Below are positions 42,616-50,023 of a stretch of 59,851 nt of DNA, in pieces. The stretch's first letter is position 1. Every line of letters starts with the position of its first letter. The stretch comes from Vicinamibacterales bacterium (lineage in GTDB: Bacteria > Acidobacteriota > Vicinamibacteria > Vicinamibacterales > UBA2999), in NCBI GenBank assembly GCA_036732565.1, contig DAINCF010000002.1, forward strand, positions 1 through 59,851, read 5' to 3'. The notes under the pieces are model-generated. The model ran no database searches, was not told where the DNA came from, and worked only from the letters and a program-made list of their open reading frames with translations. Position numbers and translations under genes: made by a program.

Positions 42616-44151
42616 TCAGTGCACATGGCCGTGCGCCGGAACCGATGTCGAGAGCGACGCGAGGCGCACCAGGTAGGCGCCTCGCGACACCACCCGCTCA
42701 CCTGGCTCAACGCCTTCGAGCACCTGGACACGATCGCCCTCGCGTGATCCGAGGGTCACGGCGCGCCGCTCGAATGTCTCGCCCTCGCGTTGCACGAACA
42801 CGATCGGTCGCCCGGCATCGTCAACGATCGCGGTAGCCGGAATCACCGGACGAGGGTCCTCCGCGTCGAGCAAGAGGTGAAGGAGAACGCTCTGGCCGAC
42901 CGGCAAACCGAGCGCACGATTGTCGAGCCGGAACGCGATTGGGAGCGTCCGGGACTGGGGATCGAGCACGCGGCCAATGCTTGCCGGCTTGCCGACGGAG
43001 ACGCGGTCGCGCTGTCCAGGAACGTCGATTTCCGCGGCTTTCGTCAGACGAGCGCGTGCAGCCTCGGCCTCCGGAATGTGGCCGACCACGTGCACCCGAG
43101 ACGCATCCACCACGCGGAACAGCGTCGTACGAGCAGTCACATTCGCACCAGCTGCCGCGTCGCGACGCGCAATCACGCCGCTGACAGGCGCACGAACGAT
43201 GAACAGGCCGTCGCCGCTGAAGCCGCCACCCGAGCGCGTCGCGTGGTACTGCGCGAGGCTGGCCTCGGCCGCGCTGAGACGTGTCGTCATCTGATCTTCG
43301 ACCGTGCGCGCCTCGTCGAGTCGTTTCTGCGGGGCGGCGCCGGCCTCGGTCAACCGTTCGGCGCGCTCGCGATCGCGAACCGCCAGGACCAGAGTTGATT
43401 GCGCTTCGGAGCGGGCGCGTTGCAGTTGCGGCAGGTCGCCGGGAATCGCCGGCGGCGGCAACACGCGCGCGAGCTCTTGGCCTTCCTGCACCGTCGACCC
43501 AAGAGGGAAATCCAGGACGCGCGTCAGCCGGCCGTCGATCGGCGCGGCAATATCCGCCGCACCGCCGGGTCTCGGCTCGAGCTGAGCGGGGACCTGGATC
43601 GACTGGCGAAGCGTCTGTGCCGTGACCACGGCCGTGCCGAAATCCAGGGACCACTGCTGCTCCTTCAGGAAGCTGATACCGGCTTCCTGATCGTCGCCCT
43701 TGGGACTCGACGCGCGAGCCGCGTCCGTGGTTGGGTGCACGGTGACGGTACCGACCGGCAGCCGCTCGTCGAGGCCCGCACGCTGCAGCACGATCACCAT
43801 GTCGCCCATGCCAGCCTGTGTGGGCCTGACGTCAACACGGAAAATGCCGGGCCGCGATGGGCCGTCGGCTCGGAATACCGCATCGGAGCCGCCACCTCGC
43901 AGCCGCACTTCGACGCGGCCCTCGGTCACGGCGCCGAATGGGTCCAAGTTGGTCAGATGGATCGCAATCCGAGACGTCTCGCCGACGACCAATGGCGGGT
44001 ACTCGGCAAACAGCTCGATCGTCTCGGTCCAGCGCGTAACGCTCAGCGATTCCGGCTCTTCGCTGGTCGGTGTTGGTGCCGGCGTCGCTCGACCGCAGGC
44101 CGCTGCGACCAGCATCAGCAGCGTGGACGCTCGCAATCGGTTCAAGGCCAC
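42616..44151 (-). CDS. czcB: RND efflux periplasmic adaptor (CzcB/CusB-like) with an extra N-terminal Ig-like domain and a His-rich C-terminal tail
   Basis: Lipoprotein-like N-terminus 'LLMLVAAACG'. HlyD/MFP core ('FIVRAPVSGVI', 'RVVDASRVHVVGHIPE', 'GETFERRAVTLG'). The tail is 'VPAHGHVH'. The first ~110 mature residues look like a YtkA/FixH-type beta-sandwich. Confidence 0.85.
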   Translation of the reverse strand: MALNRLRASTLLMLVAAACGRATPAPTPTSEEPESLSVTRWTETIELFAEYPPLVVGETSRIAIHLTNLDPFGAVTEGRVEVRLRGGGSDAVFRADGPSRPGIFRVDVRPTQAGMGDMVIVLQRAGLDERLPVGTVTVHPTTDAARASSPKGDDQEAGISFLKEQQWSLDFGTAVVTAQTLRQSIQVPAQLEPRPGGAADIAAPIDGRLTRVLDFPLGSTVQEGQELARVLPPPAIPGDLPQLQRARSEAQSTLVLAVRDRERAERLTEAGAAPQKRLDEARTVEDQMTTRLSAAEASLAQYHATRSGGGFSGDGLFIVRAPVSGVIARRDAAAGANVTARTTLFRVVDASRVHVVGHIPEAEAARARLTKAAEIDVPGQRDRVSVGKPASIGRVLDPQSRTLPIAFRLDNRALGLPVGQSVLLHLLLDAEDPRPVIPATAIVDDAGRPIVFVQREGETFERRAVTLGSREGDRVQVLEGVEPGERVVSRGAYLVRLASLSTSVPAHGHVH

Positions 44152-45350
44152 AGCGGCTCTCCTACGGCGCGCTCGAGCGCAATCTGCGCCAGTCGCGCCT
44201 CCAAGTGATTGTCGATGGAGCGAGTGGTGGCCCTCGATGCCGTGCGGATCGCGTCGAGGAGCTCCAGGATGCCGACCTCCCCTTCGCGGTACGCGACCTC
44301 AGCGACGCGGGTCAGCTCGTCGCCCGAAGCCGGCTCGTCCTCCAGCACCGCACGTTGCCGCAACGCCAGCGCCTCAGACGCACGCGTGATCTCCGCGCGG
44401 ATCGCGTTCTCGAGCGCCGCGCGCTCGGCATCGATACGCGCGCGTTCCGCGGTCCACCGTGCCGCGTCGCGGCCGCCCGTGTCGAACAGCGGAATCGCGA
44501 GGCTGAGCCCGAACACGCCGCCTCGCTCGGTTCCCGACACGGTGTCGGCGCGCTTGAGGCCTCCGAACACGGTCGGGCTTGGCAGTCGGGAGCGTCGAGC
44601 GACATTCCCCTCGCGATCGGCGCGCTCGCCCGCATGCTGAAGCGCCAGCAACTCGGCGCGCGCGGAAGAGGCGCGCGCGAGCAGGCCCTCGAGTGGAGGC
44701 GCAGTCCGCGCGGAACCTTCGGTTCGCACGACACGGTCCAACGCTGCGCCACGCGGCAACAACGTGGAGACCGCCGACCGAGCCTCGGCGCGCGCCACCC
44801 CGGCTGCGGTCGACGACTGGCGCGCATCCCGAAGCTCTTGTTCGGCACGCAGGCGATCGAAGCGCGATCCTTCGCCCTCGCGCTCTCGCGTGTGCAGCAC
44901 GTCGATCAACCGCTCTACGCGGGCCTCGTGCGCTTCGGCGGCGAGCAGACGATCCTGCTCCGCGATCAACCGCGCGACGGCAGCCGCATCGTCGGCGCGC
45001 AGCGCCCACAGGCGCGCGTCGCGATCCGCTTCTGCGGCCGCGATGGCCGCAACACCGGCTTTCGACAAGGAGCTGCGCATCCCGAACAGGGGGAGCGGCT
45101 GCTCGACCTGCAGGAACTCGGTGAACCCGGCGCCCTCCCGGCTGTACTGCACCCCAGGATTGGGATACGTCAGCCTGGCCAACTGCTCGTGTCGGAGCGC
45201 CTCGGATTCCGCGCGGATCACCTGCGCACGCGGGCCCTCGCGCGCCATGAGCTCTAGCAGGTCCCGTTCGGTTCGTTCCTGGGCCAGACCCAGCGCCGGT
45301 GCGACGCTGCACACCGCGACCCAGGCACACACCTGCCGTCGGATCGGCAT
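44142..45350 (-). CDS. czcC: TolC-family outer-membrane efflux protein (CzcC-like)
   Basis: Signal peptide 'VCAWVAVCSVAPALGLAQ'. Two repeated coiled-coil/OEP halves. The 3' end overlaps the czcB start by 10 nt. Confidence 0.85.
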   Translation of the reverse strand: MPIRRQVCAWVAVCSVAPALGLAQERTERDLLELMAREGPRAQVIRAESEALRHEQLARLTYPNPGVQYSREGAGFTEFLQVEQPLPLFGMRSSLSKAGVAAIAAAEADRDARLWALRADDAAAVARLIAEQDRLLAAEAHEARVERLIDVLHTREREGEGSRFDRLRAEQELRDARQSSTAAGVARAEARSAVSTLLPRGAALDRVVRTEGSARTAPPLEGLLARASSARAELLALQHAGERADREGNVARRSRLPSPTVFGGLKRADTVSGTERGGVFGLSLAIPLFDTGGRDAARWTAERARIDAERAALENAIRAEITRASEALALRQRAVLEDEPASGDELTRVAEVAYREGEVGILELLDAIRTASRATTRSIDNHLEARLAQIALERAVGEPLWP

Positions 45351-45443
45351 ACACGTTCCTCGATTGAATTGAACGTACGGACGACCGGCTTGGCACGCGA
45401 AAGCCGCGAAGCGGCGCAGGCGGCCGTGATGCCGGTCAGGAAA

Positions 45444-45872
45444 TCATCGGCAGGAAGACAGCGGTGGGGCGCGGGATGCGGGCTGCGCGAGAGGCGGCGG
45501 GCCGTGAACGCGGACGTCCTGGACATTGCTCGCGAGCCGCGACTCGAGGGGCGCGGTCAGGGCAATCACGTCGGCGCATTCCGCCGACTCGACCGTCAGG
45601 CAGGAGCTGGTGATGCAGGTGAGCACAACCGAGACGGCATGCACGCCCGGTTCGCACGCCTCGAGGTGCAGGCGCCCCTTGTCGGCTTGCGGCTGGTGCT
45701 GATGCTCGTGAGCGGCGGGGCCGTGATGATGGTCGCGATGGTCGTGGTCGGTGTAGACGTGGACGTGGAGCGCCTGAGGCCGGCTGGCAGCCAGCACCAA
45801 CGTGAGCGTGAGGACGGTGGCGACCCAGCGGCGCACGAAGCGAGTGTATGGAACCACCCACGGCCGGGTCAA
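45444..45872 (-). CDS. Small membrane-anchored or secreted His-rich, Cys-containing protein upstream of czcCBA (hypothetical metal-binding protein)
   Basis: Strong GC3 bias in this frame. Hydrophobic segment 'WVATVLTLTLVLAA'. 'HVHVYTDHDHRDHHHGPAAHEHQHQ' has 12 His in 25 residues. Five Cys lie downstream. The start codon is uncertain (TTG at 45872 or a downstream GTG). Confidence 0.55.
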   Translation of the reverse strand: MTRPWVVPYTRFVRRWVATVLTLTLVLAASRPQALHVHVYTDHDHRDHHHGPAAHEHQHQPQADKGRLHLEACEPGVHAVSVVLTCITSSCLTVESAECADVIALTAPLESRLASNVQDVRVHGPPPLAQPASRAPPLSSCR

Positions 45873-45886
45873 ATCCGCTGGTCATG

Positions 45887-45909
45887 GGTGCGAACCGCCG
45901 GTTCGCACC
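45887..45909. promoter_or_regulatory. Perfect 23-bp palindrome GGTGCGAACC-GCC-GGTTCGCACC, 14 nt upstream of the His-rich ORF; candidate operator or 5' hairpin of the czc operon
   Basis: Read directly (10-bp arms, 3-nt centre). It lies in the 158-bp divergent region between the czc cluster and the TA module. The function is inferred. Confidence 0.4.
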
Positions 45910-46030
45910 GCCATCACGCCCACCTGCAGGAGAACTGACGCGCACACCCAATTTCGAGGCCTACGCTGCGTCGACGCTCGACGGATCGGACCGCGATATC
46001 AGCTCCTAAAAGCCATGATGCCCTTATAAT

Positions 46031-46047
46031 ATGACCATGAAGGTCAT
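46031..46047. promoter_or_regulatory. Inverted repeat ATGACC-atgaa-GGTCAT overlapping the antitoxin start codons, directly after a TATAAT hexamer (46025..46030); candidate autoregulatory operator
   Basis: Read directly. This is the only AT-rich patch in the region. Operator and promoter function are inferred by analogy to type II TA autoregulation. Confidence 0.35.
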
Positions 46048-46327
46048 TAATGTCACAGAGCTCAAATCGCACCTGAGCAGGTACCTTCGTCTGGCCTCCC
46101 GCGGCACGCGAATTACCGTGAACGATCGAGACGAGCCGATTGCCGAGTTGGGCCCTCCTCGGGCCGAGTCCCTGTCGTGGCGCGACCGCATGGCGCGTGA
46201 AGGCCGGCTCCGACTCGGTACCCAGAACTGGCGGGCGCTCAACATCTCGAAACTCGCTCGGCGCATCGACATCCAGGCGTCGTTGCGCGCCGTGCGCGAG
46301 GATCCCAGTGAAATACGTCGACGCTAG
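46031..46327 (+). CDS. Phd/YefM-family type II antitoxin
   Basis: 'KVINVTELKSHLSRYLRLASRGTRITVNDRDEPIAEL' is the Phd/YefM N-terminal fold. It lies immediately upstream of, and overlaps, a PIN toxin gene. An alternative ATG is at 46037. Confidence 0.85.
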   Translation: MTMKVINVTELKSHLSRYLRLASRGTRITVNDRDEPIAELGPPRAESLSWRDRMAREGRLRLGTQNWRALNISKLARRIDIQASLRAVREDPSEIRRR

Positions 46328-46787
46328 CGCCGTGCTCCGAATCCTGTTCGCCGAGACGGGATCCGCGGTACCACTCGCCGCCGGTGACGGCGTCGTCTCG
46401 TCGCAACTTCTCGAAGTCGAGACGTTCCGGGCCGTCGATCGCGAGCGGCTGCTCGGAAACCTCGACGATGCCCAGACGGCGGTCAAGCGCAAGGAATTGG
46501 CGGACCTGCTGACCGTGCTGGACCTCGCGCCCATCGATGGCCTCGTGATCGATCGGGCGAAGGCCTCGTTTGCCATCAACGTTCGCGCACTCGATGCGAT
46601 CCATGTGGCGACCGCGGAGATCCTGCAGAGCGAGGCTAACGAGCCACTCGAGTTCTGGACGCACGATGAACGCCAGGCCACAGCCGCGCTGTCGCGTGGG
46701 CTGGCCGTGCATGGCGCGAACGTGGACCTGGGCACGTCTGCCAAGCCCGAGCACGATGATGACAGTTCGCTCGAACCGTCGAGCTGA
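46308..46787 (+). CDS. vapC: VapC-type PIN-domain toxin
   Basis: The GTG at 46308 is preceded by GAGGA and overlaps the antitoxin by 20 nt. PIN acidic residues lie in 'KYVDASAVL', 'LLEVETF', 'ALDAIHVATA' and 'WTHDERQ'. Confidence 0.85.
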   Translation: MKYVDASAVLRILFAETGSAVPLAAGDGVVSSQLLEVETFRAVDRERLLGNLDDAQTAVKRKELADLLTVLDLAPIDGLVIDRAKASFAINVRALDAIHVATAEILQSEANEPLEFWTHDERQATAALSRGLAVHGANVDLGTSAKPEHDDDSSLEPSS

Positions 46788-46817
46788 CGATCGTGCGACT
46801 CACGTCATGGGGCGCGC

Positions 46818-48428
46818 TCACCCCAGTCGCCACCATCGAACCGAGCGCATGCAGAATAGGCCGAGAGCTGCGACCATTGAGATCAACGCGACGATTGAAG
46901 GTGCCGCACGCCGCACGAGCGCAGCCATTGATTCTTCGCGATAGCGGAAGGGGCGTAGATGGCCGTCGACATCAAGCAAACTGACGTTGGCGTTACTGAG
47001 GACCTTGCCAATAAAGAACGAATCACGCTGGCGAACATACTCATCCAGCTGCCCGAGGAACCGCTTCCAGCGGACTTGTCCTGCTCCGGCCACATCATCA
47101 CCGATCGTCTGCAACAGCAACGCTGGTGACGAGAATTGCGCGATGGCGAAGAAGGCGGCCTCCCGACGCTCGTTGGCGTCGAGCTCGGCGAGGATCGGTG
47201 CGAGACGCTGTTCGATAAGCGTGCGGCGCGCCTCCGCAAAGCCACGAGCGAGGCGCACCATGGACGTCGGGGCCTTCCACGGCGACTCGGGAAACAGCAA
47301 CAGATCGCCTCCTACTGGCGCATCGATAGGCTCAGTAAATGTCGGGTGGTTGCCTGCCGCCGGGGGACCGCCGCTGAAGCGCGTTCTGACGAGTTGATTG
47401 AGTGCACCGATTGCGGCGTCCACGCGTGCGTTGATGTCGAGACTGGCTGCTCGCTCTTCGGTTACGTAGGACAGTCGCGTTGATGCGGGTGCCAGGAAGG
47501 GCGTCGCGAGCCCCAACAGCGCAGGAAGGACGATGACGATGATGAGCCACACCGATACGGATACGACCGCGCTGAGCGCGGACGCGCGAGTGTACAGGCT
47601 GACGGCGATTGCAGACGCCATCCAGATAGCGCTGTAGCACAGAACGCCCGCGCCCCAGAGTCCCAATCGCACGAGGGCGCCACCGGACCAATCGGCCATG
47701 GTGCACGCCACCCCTAGCGTCGGTAGAAGAACACCAAAGACAGCGACCACGGCTCCTCGTACGGCCACTCGCGTCGCCAGCCAGCCGCGGAACGTGACTG
47801 GCTGTGCGGCGATGAAGGCGAGTGTCCCTGTCTCGCGATCGCGACTGACGACGTCGTACATCAGAGCCAGGATGAGAAGTGGATACAGGTATACCGTCAC
47901 GAAGGCCAAGTCGAAGGCGCCAAGGACAACGGCGGCCGGATTGTCCATCGGCTGCTCGGGCGTCAACCCGCTCATGATGTTCGTGCCGACCGTCCTGCCA
48001 AACGGCCAGAACCGTGCCCCGCCGCCGCCGCGGACCTCATACCTTTGAGGAACGAGCTGCGTGCGCCCAGCGCCGACAATTGCGGTCGCAAGCGGTGGCA
48101 GTGCGGCCCGAAACGTGTTGACGCGGGCTTCAACCGCGCCGGCGGACGGAAGGCCGGGCTGCAATCGTGTCTGTGGGATTCCCGATCGCGCGCGTTGCTC
48201 CTCAACAGCGGCGAGATCTCGCTTCAACGCCGCATGTTGCTCGATCTGTGCAGTGACGGCGTCTGCCGCAGCAGCGTGATGGCGTCGAACCACGGCGAAG
48301 CCGTTGATGAGCGCTGCCGCTGACGTCAAAAGGAACAGCGACGCGACCAGCCATGGGGTTCGGGCGGTCACTAGCAAGCGCCACTCGAGCCGGACAATCC
48401 GGGTGCGGTCTCGGAACCCGCTAGACAT
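46818..48428 (-). CDS. ABC-2-type / DUF3526-like multi-pass membrane permease
   Basis: N-terminal TM segment, a large extracytoplasmic segment and then 5 TM helices. 'VVSRDRETGTLAFIAAQPV' is the ABC-2 (NosY-like) ER/DxE-GTLE motif. ATG at 48428. Confidence 0.7.
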   Translation of the reverse strand: MSSGFRDRTRIVRLEWRLLVTARTPWLVASLFLLTSAAALINGFAVVRRHHAAAADAVTAQIEQHAALKRDLAAVEEQRARSGIPQTRLQPGLPSAGAVEARVNTFRAALPPLATAIVGAGRTQLVPQRYEVRGGGGARFWPFGRTVGTNIMSGLTPEQPMDNPAAVVLGAFDLAFVTVYLYPLLILALMYDVVSRDRETGTLAFIAAQPVTFRGWLATRVAVRGAVVAVFGVLLPTLGVACTMADWSGGALVRLGLWGAGVLCYSAIWMASAIAVSLYTRASALSAVVSVSVWLIIVIVLPALLGLATPFLAPASTRLSYVTEERAASLDINARVDAAIGALNQLVRTRFSGGPPAAGNHPTFTEPIDAPVGGDLLLFPESPWKAPTSMVRLARGFAEARRTLIEQRLAPILAELDANERREAAFFAIAQFSSPALLLQTIGDDVAGAGQVRWKRFLGQLDEYVRQRDSFFIGKVLSNANVSLLDVDGHLRPFRYREESMAALVRRAAPSIVALISMVAALGLFCMRSVRWWRLG

Positions 48429-48522
48429 CTCCAAAGGCCAGAATACTGACAGATGAAGCAAGTTTTCGGCAGACCCGCCTTTGGATCTGTCTTAGGCGCG
48501 GCCGCTCTGCGGTCGCGCATCT

Positions 48523-48588
48523 AGTAGCGAAGCTCCGCCGATACAGCGACACGGATCTCTCGACGGTTTGAGACGGAGCTTCGCTACT
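48523..48588 (-). other. Perfect 15-bp inverted repeat (AGTAGCGAAGCTCCG ... CGGAGCTTCGCTACT, 36-nt spacer) in the gap between the two DUF3526-like genes
   Basis: Read directly. The right arm overlaps the stop codon of the upstream gene (48584..48586). It could be an intercistronic hairpin, attenuator or processing site. Confidence 0.5.
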
Positions 48589-50023
48589 CGATCCAGACAC
48601 GTCGCACCGTCCATATGAGGGCTGCACCTGTCACGACGCCCCACGCGACGAGCGCGCCTGCCGGCACGGCGATGCGCCTCAAGACCCAGGCGCTGTCTGG
48701 GATGCGGTATGCGAACGGACCGACACGCGCGTAGGCATCCGACTCCCCGTCCGGGAACGCGGGCTGATCCGGAGCATCGGCGAGTGTCGGACTCGAGTTG
48801 TACAGGCGGCTCTCGATGGCGACGGTGTTCATGGCCTGCACCAGCTCATAGCGATAGGCCTCTGTCGCCTCGGCAAAATGCCGATAGTGCGCCGAGTCGG
48901 TGCCGGCCAGGGCCATCGACACGGTCCGCAGCGCGAGTGGTGGCGATGCGATCGAGATCAGGTCGACGAGACGCTGTTGCCGGTCGTAGGCGTCATGAAT
49001 CCGAGCGAACTCCGCGTTGTACCGCGTCGTGCTCTCGATTTCCCGTTCGTAGAGCGTCATTCCCCACGTGCTCACCGGAAGGTCACCTGGTCGTGTCGCG
49101 CCGTACTCCTTCAGAAGCCGGCGCTCGACTGCGGAACGCTGTTGCATGAACCCGACATTGCCGGCTCGATCGATCGCTTCGAGCGCGGCGGCGAACGCCG
49201 CTGCGGTAGGGGCCGGATAGAGCCGCTGGGCGACCGCGAACGCTCCACGCGGCACCAGGACGCTCACGACGAGCCAGAAGCCGAGCAGGGTGATCAGTGC
49301 GCCCGAAGTGGTTCGGGACCTTGCCGAGACGAGCAGGCCCAAGCCAACGAGAAGGCACAAGTAGACGACGTAGGTCAGGATCAGAAGCCCGGCCCTCGAT
49401 GCATCGACGGCGCCGCGCGCGTGCAGCATCAGCAGGCCGACGCCGGTCGCGGGCACGGTCAGCACCAAGAGCGGCGCCATCAGGCCGAGTGCCTTCCCGA
49501 GTACGACGGCCTCCGGCCGCACGCCGAGGCTCGAGAGCAGCCGGAGTGTGCCCTGCTCGCGCTCCGCCGCAATCGCGGTGAACGTCAACAGCACAATCAG
49601 CAGGGGCGCGAGCGTCTGGAGAGTCAGGGCGACCGTCAGCTCCGCGAACTGTGGTGCCATGGACGAGCGTTCCGCGGAGCTGTTGGCAAAGAGGCTGCGG
49701 CGATGTGGCTCGAGAAACACAGACTGACCAACGACATCGTCGACGCCGGCGTCGAAGACCGCGAGTGGATGCAGGGGGCGGAACACGGTCATGCCAGCGT
49801 GCGCCGCCACATGTGCGTTCGACACGCGTTTTTGCAGCCATTGATCGCGCTGTTCATGCTGCGCGGCAGCGATGGCAGCTGAGCGTCGGCCCACGAGCTC
49901 GACGCTGACTGCGCCAGCGATGACCAGCAACAGCGCAAGGATGGCGGCGACCCAGCGGAATCGATGGTCACGCCAGATGATTCGGCACTCGTGCCGAGCG
50001 ATACGAACGACCACCGAGGCCAT
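48584..50023 (-). CDS. ABC-2-type / DUF3526-like multi-pass membrane permease
   Basis: 'LAPLLIVLLTFTAIAAEREQGTLRLLSSLGV' is the ABC-2 motif. The architecture matches its downstream paralogue. The ATG at 50023 overlaps the receptor stop by one nucleotide (TGATG-type translational coupling). Confidence 0.7.
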   Translation of the reverse strand: MASVVVRIARHECRIIWRDHRFRWVAAILALLLVIAGAVSVELVGRRSAAIAAAQHEQRDQWLQKRVSNAHVAAHAGMTVFRPLHPLAVFDAGVDDVVGQSVFLEPHRRSLFANSSAERSSMAPQFAELTVALTLQTLAPLLIVLLTFTAIAAEREQGTLRLLSSLGVRPEAVVLGKALGLMAPLLVLTVPATGVGLLMLHARGAVDASRAGLLILTYVVYLCLLVGLGLLVSARSRTTSGALITLLGFWLVVSVLVPRGAFAVAQRLYPAPTAAAFAAALEAIDRAGNVGFMQQRSAVERRLLKEYGATRPGDLPVSTWGMTLYEREIESTTRYNAEFARIHDAYDRQQRLVDLISIASPPLALRTVSMALAGTDSAHYRHFAEATEAYRYELVQAMNTVAIESRLYNSSPTLADAPDQPAFPDGESDAYARVGPFAYRIPDSAWVLRRIAVPAGALVAWGVVTGAALIWTVRRVWIE

